Assembly: GCA_964247055.1 (NCBI GenBank)
Contig: OZ176055.1
Span: 7,998,001 to 8,062,000 of the forward strand
DNA: 64,000 bases
Reading direction: 5' to 3'
From: Paragordius varius
Lineage: Eukaryota; Animalia; Nematomorpha
Made by a program: the position numbers and the translations under genes. Shown here piece after piece: positions 53,501 to 64,000 of the stretch (position 1 is the stretch's first letter; each line of letters begins with the position of its first letter). The notes under the pieces are model-generated. The model was not told where the DNA came from. It saw only the letters and a list, made by a program, of their open reading frames with translations, and did not search any database.

Positions 53501-55590
53501 TAATTCACTCAATTATATAATATAAAGGTAGGATAACTTTAAGGTTGTCTTTAGATGTAATTTCGTTTTTATCCTCTAGTTTTTACATTTTTTATTTTTG
53601 CTTCTATAAATAGCACATTGCTGATACGTTAGAAGAATCTAAAGGTCACCTTAACCAAATTTCTAGCACTTTGATTCAACAGCAGCATTCCGCTTTGTCT
53701 CATGTGGGCAATATTGAAGGCCTTCTACATAAATTTGCGCAATCACCCTACCTTAATCAAATTATTGTTGAGGCATTTAAATTGGCTTTTAGGGCAGATA
53801 TTTTGCCCAAAATTGAGGGCTTACTACGTGAAATATTTAAGCAACTTGAAACAACTTTTGATCGTGGCATGAATGAATGTATTGATTGTCTTAATATTTT
53901 ATTTGATTGATTTTTTGTGCGATTTCTAATTTTTTTCATTTAGGTAATTAAGTTAAAAAAGAAAACGAGAAATTTTTGCTTTTTCCAAAAATTTTAAAAA
54001 AATGACTACATTTGATAGGGCCATTGATAAACGTATTGTGCATAAAAAAAATTTATCTAAATCATCGCTAATAATTTTTGTATAAAGAAATTTAAAAAAT
54101 AATAATATTTAGGTTGTTTACAGTATATTTAAAACATGGGTTTTTCCAAAGAGGTTAGCCCATTTTTTGTTGTTTATATGGTTTAATCGTTGCAAAAAGA
54201 ATACTGTTTACTTTGAGTTGTTTTATAATTCCTTTAAATTTAGTTAGAGTGTTTAAGGACACTCTTGAAGTGTTTAAGGACACTCTTGAAATACAAATTT
54301 TAAAATTATTTAATCTTTATTTAAAATGTACGTTATTTAGTTTCGTCATCCTTGGAAAATACACACATTGCCATGCAAGATAAATATTCGAGTTGTTATA
54401 CCAAATTGGAACAAATTAATCAGGAATTGGTTAGACGAGAATCTGTAAATCAAACAAATGCAAACACACCCAAAAAAGCTATGGATAATAGTGCTTTAAT
54501 TAAATTTCAGGGTATTTATTTCTTTTTATTTTGCGATATAAAAAAAATTTTGTAAGATATATTTTTTTGTAAGTATGTTTGTGAATGATTTGGGGTTATT
54601 TTATTTTTCTTAGTTTAACTCTAATTTCACCAGAAAATTCTCAAGAATGCATGTGTTTTCTATAATTTTTAATTTTTAACACTGATTAAAACTAAAAGTC
54701 ACTTTAAAAAATAATAAAATTTATATTATCTGTATTATATATCGTTTTATATCTTTATATTTTTTCCTTAACATAGCTCAAGCTGATAAATTATGCACCG
54801 ACTTTGAAACCATGTTTCAAACTCTGTTACCTACACAACAAGATTCGAATAGCATAAATCCCAACTTAAATAATATATTTGATTCCAATTATCATGGCAC
54901 TATTAAGAATAACGAACAAGAAACGCTAAAATCACTTTTACTAACTGGTAGTTCAAATGGTAATAAAACCGCAAACCTAATCAGTTTACCGCCTATGCGA
55001 ATTGAACAGTTTTCCAAATTTGACAACACACGAAAAGAATTGATTAATTTTGTACGTACGCAATTGTCACAATTTATTACCGGCACAGAAGAAAATGGTA
55101 TTTACATTTTAAAAAATTGGGGTTAGACTATTAAAAGTTGTTTTTGAATTTTTAATGTATATATATATATTTATTTTTTTTTAGGTTTTATCATGACGCA
55201 ACAACAATTGACGGATACACTTAATCGTGTCTTGAGAATGTAATTATTTTTTACAATTTTTTTTTCGTGAAATAAATTAAAAAAGTTTATACATTTTTTA
55301 TCCATTTAAATTGTTTTGTGAAACGTACGTTTATGAAAACGTTTTTTTACATCCAATTAAAATTTTAGATCAATAATTTATTTAAACTGAAAGAATAATA
55401 TGTTTTATATTGCAACTATGTTTAATTTATATTTTTTTCAAAGCATTGTAAATTGCAAACACACCCTTTTTAAATTTAGAAGTATAATTGAAAAATTCTT
55501 AGAAGTAATATAAAATATGGTTTTCATTTGATAAAAATTTTGGCCTTTAACTTTTTATCTTTTTTTATTTTTACAATAAATTTTAACTAG

Positions 55591-55678
<88 letters not shown>

Positions 55679-58600
55679 TCTATTTTACCTAAAAATAACT
55701 AGGATGTTATTACAATTGGTACAAAAAATACATGAAATTTTGAAGAAAGAGTTAGCTTTAGCCGTAAAATCATTTAAGGATGAAATGGAAGTCAAAATGT
55801 CTCAAATAAGTGAACAGGTATTTTTATTTTGCATTTTCATTTTTTTCAATAAAATGTTATTTAAATAATTTTATTTTATAAATTTTAAACATCATACCTT
55901 TGCAAGTTTATCACATGGTGTATAACAACCAAACTTATAATTATAACTTGAAAACGTAAAAATTAAATGAGAAATATTTTTATATAGGCCCATACTTTTT
56001 AATTTTAATTATTATATACAATTTTATTTATTACAATTGTAAAATATATAATTGAGTGTAAAGTATCATCTCTAATTTTTATTGAACCCAAAACTCTAAA
56101 TAATCTTTCTTAAAAAACTAAGGTAAAAAACTTATACTCTTTTTCAAAAATATTGTATTTTAATTTTACATTTTTAAAACTTTGATTATTATTTCTTTAT
56201 AATATAAATCTTTATAATTAATTTTAATTAATAATATTTTGTTCTTTGCATATGATCAAAAAAGCAACAATCAATTCTTGAAGTTTCGAAATCGAATGCA
56301 GGCGGAAATCTCCTGACAACGCCAAGCGTCGACGAATTAGAATGTTTAGTAAAAGCCGGGGAAGTCGATAAGGCCTTTACTAATGTAAGTTTTTGTTTTA
56401 AACTAAAAAATTTTTTTTATAGATTAAAAACTTGGATTAAGTGGAATATATTCATTAATATAAAATAATTCGGGTTGTATCAAAATAGTAAAATATAAAA
56501 TATTGTATATTTGGAAATAAAATCCGAAATAAATACGAATTAATAATTAATCAATTTATCCATAAATTAAATTCATAGATCTACGAAATTTTATCGTTGC
56601 ATATTTTATGAAAGTATTATATTGATAATTTTAGTTGCATAAAAAGTTGCCAAGTTTTAAAAATAAAGTAAAATATAATTCATTTTAAAAAAATTTTTCA
56701 TTATTTTATATAAAAATGGAAACACTCTGAAAATTGATTGAATAAACAATGCTTTTCAAAATGAATACTTGATATGTTTGAGTTGCGAAAAAAACTATAC
56801 TATGAACCAAAAAAGTTTAAATTTCAACATATAAAAAATAACTCCACTAAAAAATTGTCCCTAAAAACGAGATTTTACTTTATATATATTTATAATGATA
56901 AACCTATATTTCATAATATTGATTAACCTATATTCTTAGGCCCTTGGGTATCATATGTGGTTTCCTACTAACTCAGATGCGGGTCCGTCCGAAAGTGAAT
57001 CCTTATTAATACTTTTGTGCAAACGGTGAGACCTTTAATTTTACTTTTTATTTTTTTATGTGAGTGCATTTTTTCCCTTTAACGGATATAATAGATTAGG
57101 GGTGTCTTCATGTTTGATAATTTTTGGTTTGTCATTTCTTTAAAGCCCCGAATTTTGGATTATGATATCCCATTTACAATTCAAATTCACCCTCGAACAA
57201 TTCAAATTCATCCTCAAATAAAATATATGTTTTTAAGATTAAAAATTCCTATTTATTTTTTAAAAAATAAAAATTTTGTTTTAAATGTAAATAATACTGA
57301 AAAAATAATAAACTATACCACTAGGATATATATTATGAGTTATATTAGTTCGAAAACACATAATTTATTTTTAGCGTGAATTTGAATTGTTCAAGGGTGA
57401 ATTTGAACTGTAAATGGTATATAATGATCGTTAATTTTTAATTTTTTAACATTTTTATGACAACCTTTGCGTACAACGAAAAAAAATGTGTGTTGGACGC
57501 ATCCCTGTTATAGATTATTATTATTATGAAATTCGAATATAAAAAATATTTTGCATAATACGCATATCTATTTTTAGGTTTGATGCATCGGATTTGTTTG
57601 AAAATACCAAGATATCGTATTTAACCATTCTGGGAATCATTGAAAAATTGAGTGAAGAGCTAGCTTTGGCAGAAAATTTGGTTCAATTATCTCATAACTT
57701 TGATACAAAATGCGAGTAAAAACTAATTTTTATAATACAATAAATTATTAATTATATTCTTTGGAAAAAATCGCAGTGGTGGTTTTATAAAAATGGTTTT
57801 TTTATATGATTTAATGCCTTTAATTATAGACAATATTAGTGGATTTTACAGGAAAAATTAAAATTATATAGATAAATATGAATGGTAAAACAAAATTATT
57901 TAAAATTTTATTCTTTATTTTTCTATATTATTATCATACAAATGTAATTTTAAATATGTTACTAATTTAAATATCGAATCATTATTAAGCAATTCAATTA
58001 TAAATTATTAAGATTTAAAAATATTTTTTTTGGGGGTGAAAATATTTATTTTTACTTTTTAAATATTTTTGCTTCCATATTTTTGTTTTCCTGTAAATTA
58101 TTATTATTATTTAAAAAATTAAAAATATACAAGAGGGGAAAATATGGAATAAATTTTTCCAATTCTTTTATTTTCTAAAAATTTGTCTTTACTAAATGCT
58201 AGGTATATCGAAGAGGGCTTGATGGCTTTGGGTGAAAAGGATGTTTTAAAAAGCTGCGAAGCGCAATTAAATTCGGGATTACCTAAAATAAGTCGATACC
58301 TTCACAAAGCTCAACAAGTATATAAAATATAAAATGCCATTTTGAAATTATTTTTATTTGATTTACGGTAAAAATTGAGTTATAGACAATTATAATTTTT
58401 TAAACCTTAATTTTTCCCATATAAACTATTTAATCACTATAATAAAATGTATAATTATGATTATATTACCAATTTTCATTTCTATTAAATAACGCTTTGC
58501 AGTTTAAATCACAATGAGTTAGTAATATTTACAAAAAAATTAGTTTTAGAATATATAGCGAGCGCTTTTTTGAATAAAAAATACTTTTTGTCTTTATATT

Positions 58601-58736
58601 TTCACATTTTCTCCGTATACTATGTTAATCGTCTTTATAAATTTGTGTCCTTCCTTTTTAGATTCCACAAATACCGACAAATCAAGCTAAGAAAATGCGG
58701 AAATTAACAATGATTGTAGATCGTATGTTACTGTGA
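44556..58736 (+). CDS. EDC4: Enhancer of mRNA-decapping protein 4 (Ge-1/VARICOSE-like P-body scaffold), many exons; 5' end uncertain
   Basis: N-terminal WD40 region: LARYQWDIGVQNGNWLDISPLNFIAYPI (44606-44708), VICDIAFS, GITAVDVSSDGKYLVIGYCNGTIKLYE (about 46680-46773). Ser/Thr/Asn-rich middle exons, coiled-coil exons at 52417-52801 and 53613-53880 (EAFKLAFRADILPKIEGLLREIFKQLETTFDRG), C-terminal exons VKAGEVDKAFT, YIEEGLMAL, and last exon 58662-58736 (KMRKLTMIVDRMLL-stop). Not all internal exons resolved. Confidence 0.8.
46041..46297. mobile_element. MITE family A copy (EDC4 intron, adjacent to a TA microsatellite)
   Basis: ATATACCATTTAC...GTAAATGGTATAT. Confidence 0.75.
46937..47291. mobile_element. 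MITE family A copy with expanded 21-bp array (EDC4 intron)
   Basis: About six tandem gggtgaatttgaattgtttaa units at 47159-47280 before aaatggtatata. Confidence 0.8.
48971..49258. mobile_element. MITE family A copy (EDC4 intron)
   Basis: tttacagtttaaattcaccc...gggtgaatttgaactgtaaatagtatat. Confidence 0.7.
49441..49980. mobile_element. MITE family A2: same terminus as family A, different 21-bp array
   Basis: Perfect 23-bp inverted repeat aaatatataccatttgcacttca...tgaagtgcaaatggtatatattt; 21-bp unit aaggaccaacttgaagtgttt. A related fragment lies at about 54244-54292. Confidence 0.8.
50881..51030. mobile_element. Palindromic MITE, family B copy 3 (in an EDC4 intron)
   Basis: gagtatgcatattaatggttgcttatttcac...gtgtgaaataagc; same core as copies 1 and 2. 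Confidence 0.65.
51313..51568. mobile_element. MITE family A copy (EDC4 intron)
   Basis: atatagcatttacggttcaaattcaccc...gggtgaatttgaatt arrays...gtaaatagta. Confidence 0.7.
55597..55671. repeat. (TA)n microsatellite (EDC4 intron)
   Basis: TA run with one interruption. Confidence 0.95.
57165..57422. mobile_element. MITE family A copy (EDC4 intron)
   Basis: atatcccatttacaattcaaattcaccc...gggtgaatttgaactgtaaatggtatat. Confidence 0.8.
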
Positions 58737-60058
58737 AAATTTTATTAGAAATTCTTTTTATACCTTTATATGGTAAAAATTAAAAAAGACAAAACGAATA
58801 CGTATAAATACAAATACTTTCACAAGCTCTACTGCTTTTTTATAAACATTAAAACTATATAATTACAAATTCGAAATATAACATTGATATTAATTATCAA
58901 TTTATATCTTTTTTCTAAAATATATATTGCAACTGAAAACGCGATGACTGTATGTAGTATTTTATTAAGTAAAAAATATCTTTGAGTTTATTTGACTGTA
59001 TAAAATTTCACTTTTTATTGTATATGCATTGCACCAAAATTAATTTAATAAATATGAATTCCTTATGTCATGAACTTTTCTCTAACTATTTTTAACTTAA
59101 AACAACAACTCTCATGTATAGTAGGCTAAGTTATAAGAATACTTATTAATACAAAATATATCATGGCTATAAACATTAAAAAACAGCAATTTTAAAATGG
59201 ATTTAACAGAAAAAAAAAGAAAAATGGTATATTAAGTAAAAAAAATTTAAACTAGTCATTTCATATATTATAAGTAAATGGGAGTTTATTTATATAAATG
59301 TATGTATCGAAAAAAACAGGTAAGATTAAATATGTCATATTTTTACCTTTATGTATTATTTATGACCATTTTAAAAATCTCACTCTCTCAAAATATTTTT
59401 ATTCTTAGAGAGTCTATTAGGTCTATAAGTGTTTATGTTGAAATGGAGGGGGCTTTGTTATCGAAAAAGTATTTTCAACTTGTATTAAATTTAATTTTTA
59501 GTTTGAACTGGAAAAAAAAGATAAATATCAAGAAAAAATATTTATTAATAATTTATGTTTTTCCGTGCTTTGATATATTTAAGCTTAAAATATTTCAGAA
59601 ATTAAATGTTGAAATTTTTAAACTTGCTTGTTTGACATGATAATGATTACAGAACGAATAATTGTGTTGGGTTTGCACTTAAAAAAGATATTTCTTTATA
59701 AAATTTGAAATATATTTTATTTATATATCAATATTGATCATGTGTTAGAACGTAACGATGTAATTCAATAATAAAATCCAAATGATAAAATAATTCTAGT
59801 TTGAAATTTCATAATTTAACATTTTAAATTTTAATGAAAAATCATGTTGATACTTATATATGTGTGTGTGCTTGAAACAACGTTTAAATAGTAATTATAC
59901 CATCATTTACCCTCGAAATTTATCATTAAAAATAAACTATTTTTGTTATTCATTCTGATCTATAAATTAACATCACCCTAAATGAATTTATATTTTTTCT
60001 TAAACTAACATTCAATAACTAAGTTTTCGATACTTTTATGGAAAAAATATATATTGTC

Positions 60059-60338
60059 ACAGGGAACTCACGGCCCTTCGAGACTTTATATGCGGCCTGA
60101 GAATTTGGAAATCCATAATTTGCAAAAGATATGGCCACAAAATGCTTTTGTTTAATTAGTATTTAAAAACAATTTTTTTAACTAGATCAAAAGTTGTTTT
60201 ATTGTGTTTGCATTTAACAATGTTATATTTAAATATAATAAATAATTATAAATTCCCTTAGTAATTTCAAATGAGACCCGTCGGATTATTTTAACCGAAA
60301 TGCGGCCCCCGAAACCATTTGTGTCGGACACCCCTAAA
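60059..60338. mobile_element. Degenerate hAT (Charlie-type) MITE, family I copy 2
   Basis: cagggaactcacggcccttcgagac...gcggcccccgaaaccatttgtgtcggacacccct; no clear TSD. Confidence 0.5.
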
Positions 60339-62068
60339 ATTAGGGTAATAGAAACATAAAAATAGTTAATTATACTTAAAACATATATCTTCAAATGTCA
60401 GTTATGGTTCAATACAATCATTAGGGAGAATCTAAAATCTTCAAGTGTTAGTTTAACATATTTAATAGTGTATGTATGTAGTATAAAATTTATCAAAATT
60501 TTATTCTAGTTAAAGTAAACGAAAAATGGCAACAGAACAAAAGTAAATTCTTTTAAAAATGATCAATCATTAATATTGGATTATATTTTAATCCAAATAA
60601 AGGGTTGTTATTAATATATTTTTCATACACGCATACACATATGTAAGATATCCTGACCCAGGCATTGAATTTTGGGGTCAATTTAACAAATTTAGTTAAA
60701 AGTTTTCTTTAAAGGTATTAATTAATTGTTAATTATTTAAATTCACCACCGTTATATTTATATAGGTTTGTATAATATTTCTTTGGAATTGATTTTTGTT
60801 TTTCAATCTGGTATCATACGATATTTAGGTTTCATTGCAATTATCCACTGTTTTAAACGTTCTAATTTATAGTTGCGCAAATTATGGTAGATAGTTTGTA
60901 AAATATGCAGTCACAAACAATAATCATGGCAAAAAATATAAAGCATCCCAATTGCTAATTATAATTATTTTAAAGTTGGAAAATTTTTATTCAATCATAA
61001 ATATAAGGTATTTTTATCACAATATAAATTAAATGTATCTGAAACACTGCTTTACTATTTGGGGTAGATTTGTAAGCAGTTTTAAATTCAAAAGTAAATA
61101 TAATAATATTGGAATATTTGAAAAAATGCCAGTTTTTTGGCGCATGATTCAATTTTTTTTTAAAAAATGTAATATTATAAAATATTATTATCGCCTTTGT
61201 CAATTTTTTTTCCTTTGGATTTTTTTAATCACTAATACAACGAGTAAATAGGATTTTATGATAAAATATAAAATAACTATAAGAGATTCGTATATTTAGC
61301 AATAAATTTTTGAATCTATTGATTTTATAGTCAGTTGCTTATTTAAACCTGGTTTTAAAGCGCTCTCAATTTTGGAGTCTTAGTTAGAAAATTTTAATAT
61401 TTTAAACTTGGTTAGTAAATTCATGAGAACAATGTCTAATATATTTAATTTATAACCAAAACAACTTTCAAACCAGTTTATCTACAAATTTAAAGTCTGG
61501 GTTAAATTATTTCTAAAATGAATCATTTTTAAAAAAAACTATAAGGTAAATGAGTGTTTTAAAATACGAATAAAGTTTTGCTTGAAGTGGGTCGTTTTTA
61601 ATAATTAATTCTTTAACTTATCATTAACCATTTACAGTTTTTTCTCATATGTTATAAAATATTTATTGCATTTTAATTTTTGGATCATATGGTGCGCATT
61701 GCGAGTTTTCGGTTTCAGTTATATATGAAAAAGTCTTTTATTTTTTTCAAACTTTTTGTATAAGAATGGAATTTTCTTTAGAGTTAGATAAGCATTTAAA
61801 GGAAAATTATCAAATTTAAAGGAAAAAATGTCAAAAAAGATCCATCATTATCCCCCACATATTTTAATAATTTTTATGTGTATGTTGAAGCTAAAATAAA
61901 TAAATTTTTATTTAAATCTTGATAAAAAAACTTAGACATTCTCATGGCATAAACAATGCTTGGATAACTAGCCTGCCTCTTCAAAAAAGTCAGCCAGCCC
62001 CCCATTTTTAGACGCTTTATAAAATGCATATAAATGACAGATTTTTGCATAATTTTATTATCAACTTG

Positions 62069-62108
<40 letters not shown>

Positions 62109-63043
62109 CAGGGATCCATTAAATCGCGATAAGGATTTAACAAGAGCCCCAAAAAATTTGAATTATTTTCAAAATAATAATAATATAGATATAAAAACTC
62201 TCCAAAATTTAGGTTTATCGCTGCAAATTAAATATTTTTCAATTTTTTGTAAAGATAAGTAATATAAATAATGTATAAACCAAATTATTCAACCGTAAGA
62301 TGTAATAATTTTCATAATAATTATTACATAAAATTTTTATATTGGAATTGCATCTAAAAGGACAACTGTTAACTATTTTTTTGCAGACTTTAAAGTCAAT
62401 TTTTCTTAACCTAATATATATATATATATATATATATATTTAATTATTTATACTTAATCATCTTAAAAACGTAATAATAAAATCAAAGTAATTTTGACAT
62501 AAGTTATATATATTAATCTTTTAATTTTCTTTATATTCCTTTTCAAGGTGCGCAAAATACATTACCTGTCCACATAATTTATATTATATATATATATGGG
62601 CCAAGTTTAAAAGTTATACATTTTATATTATTTTTTAAATGGTGTATAATTATAACTTTTAAATATTTTTTTAAGGAGAGAAAAAAATGTATGTCGGTAT
62701 TTTTATGGACTTTTGTTTAAAATGGTATAAAAGATGACATAATTTTATATGTTTTTAATTTTTTGTCGGTGAAGATTTGTCTCGCTCGTAAAGTTAAATA
62801 GATATATACATAGGTATAATTTTCAATCACTCATAAATTTTATAGATATTTTTGTGTAACATTTTAATATTTTAGTAATATATTTTACGCAATTATTATA
62901 AATAAGCAGATTAATATATCAAAAATATGATAAAATTTTATCGACAAAGTCAATTATAGAATTATGTTAAAGAATGTGTGTGTATCCTATAAATTTTACC
63001 ATATACCCTTTAAAATTGTGAGTTTAAAACATTTTAAAATGTA

Positions 63044-63331
63044 CAGTGAAAATTTAAAATATACGGACAAAAATAACTTAAAGACAAATATTTTTTCTAA
63101 AAGACAACCAAACTTTTCAAAACTTTAATTTTTCTCAAATAATCTATTTTGTTACAATTCAAAAATATAGAATTAATTGTGTTTGTATTATATAATTCCA
63201 TTTCATACTTTGCCATTTAAAACAATTAGTTATATTGAAATAAGACATGATTTAAAAAGTATGGGGTTGTCTTTAGAAAAAAAAATTGTCTATATTTTTA
63301 CTTTTTGTCCGTATAATTTCAATTTTAACTG
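63044..63331. mobile_element. Palindromic Tc1/mariner-type MITE, family E
   Basis: TA|CAGTGAAAATT...ATACGGACAAAA / TTTTGTCCGTAT...TAACTG|TA; partial relatives near 24050 and 41480. Confidence 0.7.
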
Positions 63332-64000
63332 TAATTTATAGATATATATATAGTATGAAAAATCTAAAAATAATTTTTTTTATCAAAATACTTAGCTGTT
63401 GACACCTACTTACCTCCTTTAAATTAATACAATAATTAAATTGGTGGTTTAACTAATTAAACGAGATCTATATATTACAAACCCCAGGAGAGATAGTTTA
63501 TTATCAAATTCTTTATGTTGCGTTTTTGTTTGAAATGACAAAATCTTTGATTTGTCCTAGCCTGTGCTTAAGCTTGAGCTTTTAAGATTTCAAAAAATAA
63601 TTAAATTTATATTTGTTTTTTGTTTTATATTTGAAACAAAATTTTCAATTTTTACAATATAATTGTACATATAAAGAGATGAAACATAAAGCAATGCAAT
63701 GCAATTAATATAATTATAGATCATAATATTTAAATATTTTAGAAAACATGATATATTTCACTTTAAATACGCTTAAACATTTCGATTTTACCCTTGATTT
63801 CAAATTCACCCTTAAAATTAGTTACCAGTTAGTGGGCTAAATGTTGTCAAATTGATTATAATTATTGATTGCTGGCATAATTTTTAAATGTTTCAGTGTT
63901 ATTACTCAATTTTGTTAATTTAATGTTTAATATTTGATTTCACGTGAAATTTTTCCTATAATATTAATAAATGAAGACTTAGGACCTTAAATTAAAAATT

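Noticed and set aside
57110-57379. ORF with a repeated TIQIHP motif
   Set aside because: It is the translation of the 21-bp MITE array inside an EDC4 intron.
59278-61251. ORFs of 70-120 aa downstream of EDC4
   Set aside because: K/I/F/N-rich translations typical of random AT-rich DNA, with no splice-consistent exon chain or motifs.

Overview
Very AT-rich (roughly three quarters A+T by eye) eukaryotic, animal-like genomic DNA. Seven intron-containing genes can be assembled by hand: a dual-GAF cyclic-nucleotide phosphodiesterase (minus strand, runs off the left edge), a secreted Val/Gly/Pro/Gln-rich protein with antistasin-type Cys domains, BPNT1, a small single-pass membrane protein, a secreted Kunitz protein, SNF8/VPS22 and a long EDC4/Ge-1 gene. 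Many introns are only 22-30 nt, whereas long introns and the gene-free stretch at about 7.3-27 kb are packed with non-autonomous DNA transposons: hAT-like elements with 8-bp target duplications, piggyBac-like TTAA elements, TA-flanked Tc1/mariner-like MITEs and 1.1-kb foldbacks, a Helitron family (one copy carrying a ~2-kb dimeric satellite), and an unclassified group of MITEs sharing an ATATACCATTT terminus and 21-bp subterminal arrays. No rRNA, tRNA, CRISPR array or intact transposase was found. The organism cannot be determined from this window; a compact parasitic invertebrate (myxozoan, orthonectid or dicyemid type) is only an inference. All exon structures and homologies were derived by eye, without database searches.
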